64,000 nucleotides of DNA, from positions 372,001-436,000 of the forward strand of contig NW_026935030.1 of the NCBI RefSeq assembly GCF_032062105.1, in the 5' to 3' direction. Each line of letters begins with the position of its first letter. Positions within the stretch are counted from its first letter, which is position 1. Under the pieces are notes generated by a model. It had not been told where the DNA came from. It made no database searches and was given only the letters and a program-made list of their open reading frames with translations. The position numbers and the translations under genes are program-made. The stretch comes from Saccostrea cucullata (taxonomy: Eukaryota). Below, piece by piece: positions 1 to 13,692 of this stretch.

Positions 1-556
1 TAATCTTAAAAAATGTTATTTTCTAGATGGTGTCAGAAAAAAAGTTTCCATAATTAAATAAGTACAAATCTCTTTAATTTTACCCTGGATAAATAATTTG
101 CAAAAATCAAAATAAAGTTTTATTTTTCAAAAGTTAAACGTTTTTGATCCCTACTTTTAAAACTGGCGCGAAAAGGGGCGCTAGCTTGGAAAATTAGATC
201 TTGTAAAAATAATATGAATGAAGTTTCAGTTAAAAAATAGGGATGATTTAATTTGTAAAAATTAGTACAAAATTAAATTGCCTCTGACCAATGATACAAG
301 GGAAACAAAATGTGGATAGCTGTAAAATGTCTTTTGTCGTTTGCTAGTGTCAACGAAACCTTAAAAAATGGGGTTGTAGCATAAAACATGATTAACTAAA
401 GTTATGTTCGTCTTTCCAAAATAAGCACATGTAGTATCGTTTTCCCCGTTCTATCATGTAGTTAATAAAACAGATATAGCGATTTTAGGAGTTTTTTACC
501 AATAGAAAAAAAAAAACAAATGTTGGATGATAAAAAATTTGTTACTCTAATGTTAT

Positions 557-830
557 ACTTATGCCCCCTTAAACGAAGCTTCGGGGTATATAGTTTTTTA
601 CCTATCCGTCTGTCCGTTTGTATATTTGTCCGCATAAAAAAATGTCCATATCTTTAGACTGGGTGGGACTATGGCTTTCATATTTCACAGGTGTATTTTT
701 ATGAAAAGACCTTTTTTGTGTATAACCAACTTTGACATTATGACATTGACGTTGAAGTTTGAGACACTTTTACCCCCAAATTCCACGCTTTTACTTTAGC
801 ATTAATTTTTGGACGGTATGTGCTAGGACT
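557..830. mobile_element. Degenerate Helentron-associated (HINE-like) element end
   Basis: T-rich start, short hairpin (GCCCC..AACGAAGCTTCGGGGT) and a TCCGTCTGTCCGT microsatellite-like tract, the usual HINE terminal layout; boundaries approximate. Confidence 0.4.
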
Positions 831-1004
831 TTATATCGAAGTAATAGCATGATAGACAATTAGAGTTCATTAATTTGCAAAGGTTATGTCTATAAAATCT
901 CAGAAGAAAGAGGATGTAACAGCAACCATTGGTCAGATGTCTATGGGCTAAAAAGTGTTGAAAAGGGAAGCATTTTTTTTTATTTATAACACACTCTGAT
1001 TACA

Positions 1005-1535
1005 CACAGAAGTACTCTGAAGTTGACATAAAAAAGTGCTTGAGTTTTTGATTGAAAAAAAATCTATGTAGTTTTTGGAGACCAGGTTTTCAAACAATCT
1101 ATTGGAATTTCTCGTTGTGTTGATTTGATACACAAGAGCATGATCTACGTATAAACATTTTCTTGAACGAGGTAAAACATTGACAAGCAAGTTGATGAAA
1201 CAAGAATATTCGTCATCATTTCGTAAATTCTATGATCAATACAATGACTTTGTCAGCAAATACAGTTTATCATTAAGTTAAATGCTGACTGACGTTTTTC
1301 GTGCTGATTGTTTGTCCATTATTTTTACATTGAATTGACAACTTATTTTTCCTTTATTTCCTGATTATGACAAGGATCACACGGCGGGTGTAACCGGTCA
1401 GCAGGGGATGCTCACTTCGCCATGGCACCTGATCCCACCTCTGATGTTTTGGAGGTCCTTGTTTTTTGCTTTGCTCCTATTTTGTTTTGTTTTATGGACT
1501 TTAATATTGAATACTGTTCGTAATCTCCATATCCT
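1005..1535 (+). mobile_element. Penelope-like retroelement, internally deleted RT fragment plus 3' end
   Basis: Collinear with the 11240-12190 copy (ACACTCTGA..ACAAGTACTCTGAAGTTGAC; TTGACAAGCAAGTTGATGAAACAAGAATA); 3' module ACGGCGGGTGTAACCGGTCAGCAGGGGATGC at ~1374-1477. Confidence 0.75.
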
Positions 1536-3034
1536 TCTTCCATACATATGTAAATGTAAGTTTAAATGTAAGAGCTAAGGGACTTGAATTTACATAGTTA
1601 AATAAGGTTGCTTTTCTTGCTTCTATGCCATGTTTTTGGATTTGTAAAAAATTCAAAGTTTATAGTTATCAGAAACAAATCATGCCATTTTCGGAACAAA
1701 ACCTTTGAAGGATTAAAAATCACCCAAAAATTATAATAATAAATTAATGCTCCTCAATGAATAACTATTCATTGGGACTCTGCAAGCCAAAAATAAATCC
1801 ATACCAGACACATTGATGGTGATGCCGCTATTAAGATATGCATAAAAAAATTTCCCTACTTGCATATGAAAGTATGAAAAAATATCAGGAGACACATACA
1901 TAAGGTTTTATTGTATAAAAGAGTAGGGGTCAAAATTCTACGGGGGTCATTTTTCAACGTGTGTGGAGTCGTAGAATTAAGCGAAAAATGACCCTACTTG
2001 GTATATTGTCCCGGGGTCATTTCACAAAAAAATTAATATTCTACGGGGGTCATTTTTCGTCGTTACACCGGATCCTCCAAAACACAATTTAAGTAATGCT
2101 CCTTACAAGCAAAGTCATTGTTGTTACCAGCTTTATCAGCAGGTACCAGTACATACGGACCGTGTTACTATCTAATTCTTTTTTTTTTTACTTCCATAAA
2201 AATATATTTGAACAAACAATTATGTTATTGTGATTTTTTTTCTCCATTTTTATAGAAATATTAATAACATATTTATTCTCACTAAAAACAAAATGTTAAA
2301 TACAGAATGCATTCTCAATAATTTACTTTTAATTTAAAAGGTGAAGGTAACAAACAGCGACTGCATGGTCCCATAAAAAGTATAAGAAAACAAATTTGTA
2401 CATATGTCATAATTAAATGCGGACCCCGTAATTTCCAGGGTCGGAATCCTTTTGAAACGAATCGCTAGTTTTCATAACGATGCTTTTTGTTATGACAATT
2501 CAAATAGAACTCTTAAAAATATCCATTAAAACCACTTTTACGAACAAACATACAAAATTACCGCGAATTTGACATTTAAAAGCATATTTTCTTATGCAGT
2601 GGGTCGGTAACTAAATAAACAAAATTCTCATTGTTCACCATTACTGTTGATAAATTTACTTATATTGTCAATGGTCACTGTCAGCATACATTGTCAGTCG
2701 ATCAAATTAAGGCAATGCTATTCAAATCTGTCATTTTTGTTGAGACGGTGAATGAATAGGCTATTAATATTGTTTTAGACTTTGATATCTTTGAATTGCA
2801 ATTGGTTTTTATTGTTTAATTTAAAGAAATTTCCAAGCTTCTTATAAATTTTGATTATCTTAACGTATAAAAAAATATTTGACATAATATAGATTAAGGA
2901 TAATTATTGAATTTAAGGTAATCATTTGATTATAGTAAATACGGTGCTCCATATAATTTGCATGTCAGCCCAAACATTTAAACATTTATGGTTTATAGGA
3001 CAAATCACAAGGAAGGTCAGTCTAAGAGAGTGCA

Positions 3035-6000
3035 ATGGTCGACAACAGCAATCGTAAAGTGTTGATCGCTATGGACGGAAGTGAATATTCCGAGGAAGCT
3101 CTGAAATGTTTGTATTCTAATGATGTCCATATAATCTGACTATATAAGCTTATATTGATCGTGAGTTACACGTGGTAGAGTTCATGAAGTCTAATATGGT
3201 TCAACAAATACAATATAATTAGTTTTACTTCTTTTTATATACGTAACACTTTGCACCGTTACCAGGTATCGCCGAAGAATCGTAGCATCATAACCTTTCT
3301 TATCTGTCTTATTCAGCTTAAGTACAAAAATACTGTAGCTTATAAGTTTAATTAATACTGCGCAGTTTAACACCAATGTTTAAAGCTAAACATACGTTAC
3401 ATGAGTCCTAGTTACAAGTATTATTATTATTAACAATGCATGTCATTTTATGAATTTTCAATCTATTATATGTATAAATTTTCTTGAGATTTAATAATTG
3501 GGTCATTAGAATAAAGGACAATTACATATATAGCCACGTCGAAAAAAGGTAAGGTAATGTCGTGCATGTTTGTTTGTATTCGAGAGTGACACCAAATGCC
3601 GGTGGAGTGGTGCAAATTTAGACCTGTACTCGGCACATAGTGCCTTAATTTGAGTAGTGAGGGATCTTTATCTTGCCATCAATTCACCTTCTGCGACACT
3701 CAACCTCAGTTTATACATTCTCATCCGAAGGATCGGTCTTCTTGTCCTGTGGTGTGTTGGATTCGAATCTGCGACGTAAGGACAGACCCCTTACCCCGCA
3801 ACTCTTTAACAAACGCTCTAACCACTGAGGTGTTTAGTTAAAATTTGGTATATGTATACATTCATGAAAAACGTGATTATTGTATATAATTGCGAATCCT
3901 ATCAGAAACGTAGATACCTCATAAAATTTCATCAGAAGACTTCGTTGCAGTGAATTCCAGTCAGGAACGATGGACTGCTTATGAAAAGCATTCATGATAA
4001 TTATGTGTATACATATATTATGCATTTGCAAGAAATTTTATATCAAAATAACTTTATGTATGCAATCGAAAAATATATCAATGAAACATATGGATATAAC
4101 AAACAGTAATCAAGATCAAAAGTCCATAAAACAATACAAAATAGGAGCAGAGCAAACATGGAACTCTAAAAAAAATCAGAGGTGGGATCAGGTGCCTTGG
4201 AGGAGTGAGCATCCCCTGCCTGCCGGTCCCACCCGCCGTGTGCTCCTTGTCATGAGGGGTAAATAAGGGAAAATCCGTCGTCAATTCAGTGTATAAACAA
4301 TGGACTAACAATAAGTATGAAAAACGTCCTTTGACTCAATAATAAATTGTATTTGCTGACAAGGTCATTGTATTGACCATAGAACTATGTCTTTGTATGA
4401 TGACTTTAAAATGAGACTGCTGATATTCTTGTTTCATCAACTTGTTTGTCAATAATTTACCTCTTTTTAAAAATTGTTCATTCGTAGAGATGCTCTTGTG
4501 TATCGAATTAACTGAGATATATAAACTCCATACGCAGGTGACGAAGGTATATTTCTGCATAAGTAAGGAAAGTTGACGATAGAAAAATTAAAGTCATCAG
4601 GTTTATCATAGAGTTTGATTGTTAGAATACCATTAACGTCTTTTTCAAGTAAAATATCCAAATATGAGAGAGAGAGGTGTCAGATACTGTGGTATCTTTT
4701 ATTTAAAATTCAAAAGGATATATCGTATCGTTATAAGAATGGAAACTACCATTGCTAATTGACAGTACGTCGTCAATATATCTAAATGTCGAGTTGAAGG
4801 CCACAGCAAGTGTTTTCTTCTTTTCACGTTTAAGATTTTGGACAAATGCTGCTACATATGAATACAAAAATAGGTCTGCTAATAACGGGGCGCAATTGGT
4901 ACCCATGGGAATTCCAATAGATTCTTGGAAGACCTGGCCTGGGGGCCATAAAACTTAGACGAGCTCACTTTTGATCTCAGTCTCAGTTTTTGCTAAGGAA
5001 TATATAGTGGAAAAGTGAGACTGAGATCAAAAGTGAGCTGGTCTAAGTTTTATGGCCCCAATCAGAAAACAAATATCTTTTTGATGTTAACTACAGGGGA
5101 CTTAAAACAAAATAATTTTGCAAATGACCAATGACAAAGCAAGTAAATTTACGCATACCATTTTTATTGAAAGAGCAGCTATTAATGATATCAAAAAGAC
5201 CTGTAGCCCTTTTCACAAAAAATCTTAAGTTTTTGCTTAAGATTTTAACTTACAAATCTCTTACGACAAATCTTAAATGCTTTTCACAAATGCATTCGTA
5301 GCAGATTGAACTTAAGATTTTACTTACGACAGACTTCATCCTTAGCAACGGTATCAATTTGCTTTATAATCCTTAAATTAGAAGATGAAAATAAAGATAT
5401 AGCTCGGTTTTCATCATTTATCGGCAGAACAAACGTTATTGACAAGAAATAACAAGTGCAATCGATTCTAAAACAAGAAGTTTGAAATTTGACGTCACAA
5501 TCACAAGTATGACGTAAAAGTAGGTCTTACGATTATCTTAAGTGAAACTTACATCGTAAATTTTTTGTAGTGTATTTCATTTCATTTTTCCATTATGAGT
5601 GTGAAAATAATGAAAAATATTATTGGGAGTTACTTTTAATAGTTCTATTTAACATGTAATTTGATTTTTTTGGTTTTATTTTAACAATAAAATCGGTTTG
5701 AAAATAATTAAGAGAGGGTTGGAGCTCTCGTAAAGTTACGATAGATTTTGCACTTAGGACTTTCTTAAGAATTTTTGTGAAAAAGACTTTTACCGTAAGT
5801 TTTCACTTAGGATAAAAATATGTTGTAAGATTTTTTGTGAAAAGGGCTAATGTAATTTTATTTGATATATCGGTCGAAAAGTTGATCGAAAATTTCCAAA
5901 TGGTATCTTCCAAATAGATACATTTACTACTGTTGGAAATGTGCTTTTTGTTACCTCAATCCGACTTCCACTCAAGTAAATATAACATTCAGTCACATGG

Positions 6001-9000
6001 AATTAGGGATTGGGTAGAAGTAGAAGGTTGCAGGCCTTCCTTTTTTCTCTCTCCAAACCTTACATTTTACAATTTACTAGTACGCTTCTGTTAATTGCAA
6101 CTTTTGATATAGCATAGTGAATCCCTCCTACCCGAGTTGAGAACATCCCCGACCACGCGGTTATTACGCTCAACCCCCTTCACGATTGATGGTATGTGGC
6201 TGACAATATTTTTCTATTTCTCACAAAAATTCTGAAATTTATACAACTAGTCTAGTTGTTAAGTTTAGCCCTACTCCCTTCGCTCTGTTGGGTTAGGATC
6301 GATTGCTTTTTTAATTAATACAATAATAAGGCACCATCAAAGTACGATATTAACCTTTTCCTTCGAGTTCGGTGAGTATTGTACTCTTTGGGACGCTAAA
6401 TTATTTGATCGACCTCAAAACAGCGAAAATGTATATTGTTAAAATGAAATATATGGAGATTAACGAACAGTATTCCAGATCAAAAGTCCATAAGACATTA
6501 CAAAAGGCAAACACGGACCTCCAAAACATTAGAGATAGGATCAGGTGCCTTTAAGGAGTGTTCATCCCCTGCCGACCGGTCACACCCGCCTTGTGCTCCT
6601 TGTCATGATCGGGAAATAACGGAAAAATCCGTCCTTAATTCAGTGTATAAATAATGGACTAACAAGCCTATCATATCCCGGTCCCTATTCTTCACTGACG
6701 GCTTTATTTTGATCAGTTCATCTCTATCAGGAATAAAGGACCATGCTTTAGCCTTCTTCACTTCTTTTTTTCACTTCAAACCATTTCGATACTTTCCCTT
6801 TCTCTATCACAAATCAGCTAAAATCTTATCAAAGACTTTTATATATTGTTTATGCCTTATCAATTTTCCTAAAACTTTATTTGTCTACATAATTTTCATA
6901 AGCATTCTCTATGAATGGGATCAAAGGTTTTATCGAACTCAAAGAAATTAATGTATAGTGTATTGTGTCATTCGTATATTTGCCTTACAATGTTGTACAA
7001 TATGAAGATTTTCATTTGAAAGTCAGCTTCTTCATTCTCCGATACTATCAATTAACATCCCTCACAGAATTATGCTCACTATAGACTTTATAGTGAAATT
7101 TCGGTATCTCAATTTTCTTATTAATTTTTCAGATTAGATTTCCCTTTATTAGGCAATTTTATGATAAACCCCTTCCTCAATATTTCAGATATTTTTATTT
7201 CCTCCCATATCTTGTTAAAAAAGGATTATCACATTTTCCTTATGTAAAATAAAACTCGACTTAGTCCATTGATATAGAGCCTGTTCCTGCTAGTGCCTTT
7301 TCATTTTTAGTTTTTTGAAAGCATTTGTTTTTCAATTTCTGCATATGATGGTCCAGTGTTGTTTTCTTTGCTATATGTTTTTCTGTAATTTCGTATTTTT
7401 TTTTTCGACATAGGTCTTATTGGTACAGACAAATTCTAAATGAGGCAAGGCATTGAAAAGCAAGTTGATGAAATAAGGATATCAATATTGTCTCCTTTAA
7501 AATTTTCAAATTCTATGGCTGACTTCAGCAAATATAATCCATCACTCGTTTTTCATACAATTTGTAAGGCCAACATATTTTACATGCTGAATTGTCTATG
7601 AATTTTTCCATTTGCCCAATCATAACAAGTAGGACTTAAAGGGCTTGACAGGTCAACAGGGGATGCTTACTCCTTTATGGTATATGTGGCATTTTAGAGG
7701 GTCGTGTTTGATCTGCTCCTGATTTGCTTTACTGGAGTTTTAAGCCTGATAATTATTTGTTATCTTCAGTTGACATCAGTTGGTTCAGCTTGGTGATTTT
7801 CAACCTGGACTGAATATTATTTTAAAAAATAAATATAATTATGCAAATTTAACATCATCGTTCGTGACTTTAAAGAGCAAGAAGCATAAAATATTTGTGA
7901 ACGAAATATTTCAATAATATATAGTTGGACATGTTGCGATTATACATGTATATTAGATATGCTCGCATTTGGACCCAACAGGTATTAAAACAGATGTATA
8001 TTTGTTTTAAAGATTTCTTTCACAAACAAGTAAATAGATAATTTGCTGTTTTGTAAAAGAAAAGTAACTCATGTGATTGATATAAACTCTCTCTTTTAGG
8101 GTTTGCAAGTAAAGTGTACAAAAATGAAGATGATGTTATTGTGCTCCACGTGACAGATCATAAAGAATCTCTATCCTATTCATGTAAGTAGAAAATACAC
8201 ATGTTATGCTCAGCTTAAACTACTCTGATAATATTCAGCATATCTCACACATAGTCTCCAAACGGATACCAAAGTATTAGAATGAAGGGGAAGTACATGT
8301 ATGTATTAATATTAACTGGTGAGCATGAACAAAGAAGCAGTTCTTCTACTGGCAGATACGTTACGCGGACCTCGTTTGAGCATTTCGTAGATATCATGAA
8401 TGTAACCTAACATTGCGTCGTTTTTTGGCTTACTTGTTTCATACCCATTGTTAGACCTTTGTTTTTTTATGCAGAACTTGACTAAAAGATCTTCTTTTTA
8501 TATATATATTGTATATTTTTTCATTTGCGTTGCTTTACTTTTCATTGTATATCTTTACATATATGGTATAAATATTTCTTTGTACTTTTGATTGTTTTGT
8601 TTCCATATGTATTGTATAATTTTCAGTTTGCATCGTAAAATGTATTCATTTTTATTCTTTAATTTTTCCCTTTCTATTGTATGTTTCAGTGTCTGTTGTA
8701 TAAGTTCTGTTGTACAATTTTCAAAATGAAAAATACAATACAAAAGGTAAAATATTTACTTTATGTTACAGGGGTATGGGAATGATCGACAAAACTCCTG
8801 TCAGTGTTCTTTGAATATTAATTCACAGTGGAGTGACATAATATTTAAGATAAAAACATATTAATCTCACAATTCTATTGGAATAGGCTTTCCCATTTCC
8901 CATCTGCTCATTATATTGTCTATTTTACAAAGTCTATGAATGATGATCAGCTATTTAATACAATGATAATTAAAAATATAATCTCCTAATAAAAATATAC

Positions 9001-10556
9001 CAACAATTGCTCACTTTGAACAATATAATCAAAAATATCTTTGATCATCATAAAAACACATAATCTGATTAACATCAAATTACTTCTAGCAAATATTTCA
9101 TATTGATATTGTAATCAATGATAAATTTACATCCTAAAATAACTTTCTCTCAAAATCATTCATTAACTTTAGTAAATGCAAATGAAAAAGGCTTTTGCAT
9201 ACTATAGGATAAGCATTTAAATAAGAAAATATTAGTAACTTACAAGAGAAGGAAATCTTCAGTCTCAAGTTATTGTCTAAATATATGTCTGATCTGATCA
9301 ACCATGGAACAAAGAATGGTCATAATAAAGCGGGAAAACTTTAGACCAGTCAAGAAAACCAATCGAATCCGAACTTTCAAATCAATAATCAATAAAAAAC
9401 AAAATCACAATGACCACTTCCAAAATACCTGATCAATGGCCTTGGGTATATACAAATATGCACAGGTAATACAGATAAGGGAGAACTAAGGAGTGGATCT
9501 TGGTTTTTAATGACAACTGAAATAAAAAATAAGATAAATATTCTGGCAAGTTCTATAACTGTATTTTACACAAATCCAACACTATTACATTCAAGTTAAA
9601 AATGAACCTTTACTATAAGCAAAAATTTAATTACTGTTTCTACAAGGGATTAATATATTTCCTTTATTTATCAAAAGGATTGAAAATGCTGCTATTATTA
9701 AACATCGATAGTTGTTTTAACTCATTCAAATTAACATCTGTGAGAAGTTGATAAAGCACAAAAAATTCAACCATTTCTCAATTTCAGCCTGGGTGAATAA
9801 TTTGTGGTGATAAAGCAGATTCTTTATAGAAGCGGGTTTTTTTAATTCTAGAACACATTAACCATATTCAGATTCACTTATTTTTCTTCCCACTAGCTAG
9901 TTATTAAATATTAAAAAATAATGTTACGAAATACAGCTTCCAATTTTTGATTTTAGTAAAATGAGGCATCATCATTATGCATATAAAATTATTATTGACA
10001 GCTCCCTGGTTACCTATGGACCCCATGATATTCCAAATGAAAGTAAAGGAGGAGGAAGACAAGGCCAAAGAAACAATCAAGAAAGTGGATGCCTTAATCA
10101 AGGATGTCGGGGTATGATTGTTTCTATACTTTATAGATAACTGAAGTTTTTTTTGGGGGGTGGGGTGGGGTGGGGTGGGGGTGGATATATTGTTCGTTAT
10201 CTTTATCTTTCATCATTTTTTAGCAACAGTATATTTGTAAAAATAATCTTCTTAGTAGTATGTAAGAAAACTAAAATAAAAATTACTTTTATCTATATTT
10301 TGAGTTCTCTAAGATCAGAATTTAATAAATACTGCAACAATATTCAATAATATGGTATTTTTAGATTAAAGCACACGTCATTCGAGCCCATGGCAATCCC
10401 GGAGAACAGATCACTAAAAAGGCTGAAGAACTGGGTGTCAGCATGGTCATCATTGGATCTCGTGGACTGGGAACGATCAGGCGGACTATAATGGGGAGTG
10501 TCAGCGATTTTGTGTTACACCATTCGCACATACCTGTCGTGATATTTCGCCATTAA
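3035..10556 (+). CDS. Universal stress protein (UspA-domain), paralogue 1, 152 aa, 4 exons: 3035-3107, 8100-8183, 10002-10111, 10365-10556
   Basis: All introns GT-AG, phases 1,1,0, frame intact: MVDNSNRKVLIAMDGSEYSEEALKW-FASKVYKNEDDVIVLHV...GNPGEQITKKAEELGVSMVIIGSRGLGTIRRTIMGSVSDFVLHHSHIPVVIFRH*. Contains USP motifs IAxDGS and G-2x-G-9x-GS. Confidence 0.93.
3563..3833 (-). mobile_element. tRNA-derived SINE (degenerate)
   Basis: On the minus strand, box A-like CTCAGTGGTTAGAGCG and box B-like GATTCGAATCC with a (CAAA)n tail; homologous to 47247-47532 (shared TCTCATCCGAAGGA, GTGAGGGAT, ACTCGGCAC). Confidence 0.65.
4075..4938 (-). mobile_element. Penelope-like retroelement, 5'-truncated RT plus 3' end
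   Basis: ORF fragments GIPMGTNCAPLLADLFLYSY..FRYIDDVLSI and IKLYDKPDDFNFSIVNFPYLC..SSPAYGVYISQLIRY; 3' module at ~4143-4246. Confidence 0.85.
4942..5059. mobile_element. Palindromic MITE (~118 bp)
   Basis: GGGGCCATAAAACTTAGAC..TTTTGATCTCAGTCTCA arm with a near-perfect reverse complement ending GTTTTATGGCCCC. Confidence 0.75.
5204..5849. mobile_element. Non-autonomous TIR DNA transposon (~646 bp)
   Basis: 24-bp perfect TIR TAGCCCTTTTCACAAAAAATCTTA / TAAGATTTTTTGTGAAAAGGGCTA; internal repeated CTTAAG/CTTACGA motifs. Confidence 0.75.
6440..6665 (-). mobile_element. Penelope-like element, isolated 3' end
   Basis: Conserved 3' module (AACACGGACCTCCAAAACA..GATCAGGTGCC..CCCCTGCCGACCGGTCACACCCGCC). 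Confidence 0.75.
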
Positions 10557-10869
10557 TGAAATATAGATATATCATATTAATCACGAACAACCCGTACCAT
10601 TACTGTCAAAATCTTATAATGAACAGCTGCCTTTTAGTGTTTTTAATGTTGCTTATGATCATCACTATGAAAAATCAAGCTCTCTACTTGAGTAGAAGAA
10701 TTGATTTTAAGATTTCATAGATCTTGTTGTTCTGTAAGAAATTGGTTCTAAATGCTTTTGAAAGACATATGTTTCATGTACATGAGTTCAAATAATACAT
10801 TTATTTAATAATTCAACACTTACCAGAGATTCTGTATAGTATTGTATTTTGACAGTCCGTTATGAAGTA

Positions 10870-12190
10870 TCATATAACAAAGAAAGATACTTTGCGGGTT
10901 CCAGTTAATGTTCAACCAAGCCTCTTCCTTTACTCCTCACTAAGATATTTCCAGTAATGAAGGAGAAACTTCAAGAGTACTGCGCAACAATATATTCAAG
11001 AAGTGATGTGAATCAGATGTGGATACTTAAAAATTTCAAAGAACTATTGAAATCACAAGATTTTACCAAAATCAACAGCTTAAAAACTTATGACTTTTTA
11101 ACTTAATAAACAACCCATTCCCCACGATAAATTAAAGTCCAGGCTTTTTGATATCATTGACAGCTGCTTTTTCATTTAAATAAAAGTGGAACTTATGGAT
11201 TTACTTACCTGGTATTTGGTCATTTGCAAAATTATTTTATTAAAACACATTCTGATTGACACACAAGTACTCTGAAGTTGACATCAAAGAGATGCTTGAG
11301 GTTCTGATTTACAATATCTATGTGAATTTTGGAGATCAGGTCTTCCAACAATCTATTGGAATCCCCACGGGTATTAATTGCGCTCCTATATTAGCAGACG
11401 TATTTTTGTATTCATATGAAGCAGAGTTTGTGCAAAATCTTATGCGTGAAAAGAAGAAAACATATGCTGTGGCCTTCAACTCGACATTTAGATATATCGA
11501 CGACGTACTGTCAATTAACAATGGTAAATTCCATTCTTATAACGATGAAATATATCCTGGGGAGCTTGAGATACCACAGAGTCTGACACATCTGTTTCAT
11601 TCTTGGATATTTTACTTGAAAAAGACATTAATGGTAATCTAACAACCAAGCTCTATGATAAGCTTGATCACTTTAACTTTTCTATCGTCAACTTCCCTTA
11701 CTTCTGCAGCAATATACCTTCATAACATGCATAAGGAGTTTATATCTCTCAATTGATTCGATACGCAAGAGCATGCTCTACGTATGAACAATTTCTAAAA
11801 CGAGGTAAATTATTGACAAATTGTCAAACAAGTTGATGAAACAAGAATATCAGCAATCTCGTCTAAAGTCATCATTTCGTAAGTTCTATGGTCGATATAG
11901 TGATCTTGTCAGCAAATTCATTTTATCGAGTCAAATGTTGACTGGCATTTTCCATACTAATTGTTAGTGTATTATTTATACACTGAATTGACGACGGATT
12001 TTTTCCGTTATTTCCGGATCATGTCAGAGAGCACACGGCGGGTGTGACCGGTCCGCAGGGGATGCTCACTCCTCCATGGCACCTGATCAACCTCTGATGA
12101 TTTGGAGGTCCGTGTTTGCTCTGCTCCTCTTTTGTATTGTTTTGTGGACTTTTGATTTTGAATATATTCGTTATCTCCATACATCTCATA
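10870..12190 (+). mobile_element. Penelope-like retroelement (probably Naiad-type: RT ends with no C-terminal endonuclease), degenerate
   Basis: ORF 11256-11642 has QSIGIPTGINCAPILADVFLYSYE..FRYIDDVLSINN; the reading frame ends at ..IFHTNC* (~11968) and is followed directly by the structured 3' module; frameshifts present. Confidence 0.85.
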
Positions 12191-12571
12191 GAGAAAGTTA
12201 GAAATTGTTGCTAGAAACATTTTATTATATACCTATTGAGTATCACTCAATTTTACTGCAACCACGTGACGTTGTGATCCACTTTCCGGATCACCAAATT
12301 GTGGTTTTCTAAATCCATATCACCACTCTCTGAAACATGACGTAGTACGCAAAAACATGACGTTATTTTCTTGCATGTTACAAAGTCTTCTGTTTTTATG
12401 CTTTGTTTTATGGATAAAAATTATACAATTGATCTCTAAAGTTCCATTTTGCTACATTTAGCTAGTTATAAGGGGGTATATAATAATGCATAATTCTAAA
12501 TGCAAATTCAAAAAGGGATTCTACGGTGGTATATTTAGGACACGCAATTTTTTTTTTAAATACCACAAAAA

Positions 12572-12972
12572 ATTATCTTGTGAAAACGACATAATTCTCT
12601 TGTGAAAACGAGATATTATCTTGTGAAAACGAAATAATATCTTGTGAAAACGACATAATATCTTGTGAAAACGAGATAGTATTTTGTGAAAACGAGATAT
12701 TATCTTGTGAAAACGACATAATATCTTGTGAAAACGACATATTATCTTGTGAAAACAAGATATTATCTTGTGAAAACAACTTATTATCTTGTGAAAACGA
12801 GATATTATCTTGTGAAAACGACATAATATCTTGTGAAAACGAGATATTATCTTGTGAAAACGACATAATATCTTGTGAAAACGAGATATTATCTTTTGAA
12901 AACGAGATATGATCTTGTGAAAACGACTTATTATCTTGTGAAAACGACTTATTATCTTGGGAAAAGGACATA
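12572..12972. repeat. 21-bp minisatellite (TTATCTTGTGAAAACGAGATA), ~19 units
   Basis: Direct tandem array; explains the SFSQDNI ORF. Confidence 0.95.
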
Positions 12973-13523
12973 TTTTTTTTATATATAAATGTTCTACAAT
13001 ACAACATGATGTAATTGGGACATCTCTGTTCTTTATGAACGTTCCTTCAACGTTAACGGACGCTTAAGCGAAAAATGTACATTGTGTTCTTACATTTAAA
13101 AATTTCAGATGATATTTCATTCAAATACAAGAGGCCCAAGGACCTTATAGGTCACCTGAGTATCATGTAACAACTTTCCAAAAATTGAATTTGGTTCGTG
13201 TTTTAAACCAGAGGCCATGAAATTCACATTTCGCGGTCTACAAAGCGTAAACTGCCCCAAGTTATGGTATATCGTATGACAAAAGTTGAAATAACCTTCA
13301 TTCCTTAATTTAAAGTCATATCTGCAAAATATCGGCTTGTATTAATTATTTTCATGCATTAATTGGATTAAAAAATATACTTTCTTGGGTCCTAAAACGA
13401 AATAAAACATCCTTAAACTTTATGTTCACAGTCATGTAATATATTCTGTGGAAAAACAGTTTTTACGCCTCCTGTAAAGTACCAAAATTCCCATGTACGA
13501 CCTTTCAATTCCACGGTGTCGAT

Positions 13524-13692
13524 ATGTCATTTTCACAAGATAATATCTCGTTTTCACAAGATAATATCTCGTTTTCTCAAGATAATATCTCGTTTTCACA
13601 AGATAATAAGTCGTTTTCACAAAATATTATGTCGTTTTCACAAGATAATAAGTCGTTTTCACAAGATAATTATGTCGTTTTCACGAGACAAT
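13524..13692. repeat. 21-bp minisatellite, inverted copy, ~8 units
   Basis: (TCGTTTTCACAAGATAATATC)n is the reverse complement of the 12572 array. Confidence 0.95.

Noticed and set aside
3994-4266. Recurrent ORFs with RWDQVPWRSEHPLP (also 12008-12220, 60760-61134) suggesting a small gene family
   Set aside because: Antisense translation of the Penelope-like 3' module; frames are not conserved among copies
12081-12110. CTGATGA in a PLE 3' end as a hammerhead ribozyme core
   Set aside because: Not the consensus among copies (others read CTGATGT/CTGGTGT/CCAATGT) and no correctly placed GAAA
12573-13007. 144-aa SFSQDNI-repeat ORF (and 13516-13793 ORFs) as a repeat protein, or the array as CRISPR
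   Set aside because: Translation of a 21-bp minisatellite inside transposon TIRs; no unique spacers, no cas genes, eukaryotic context
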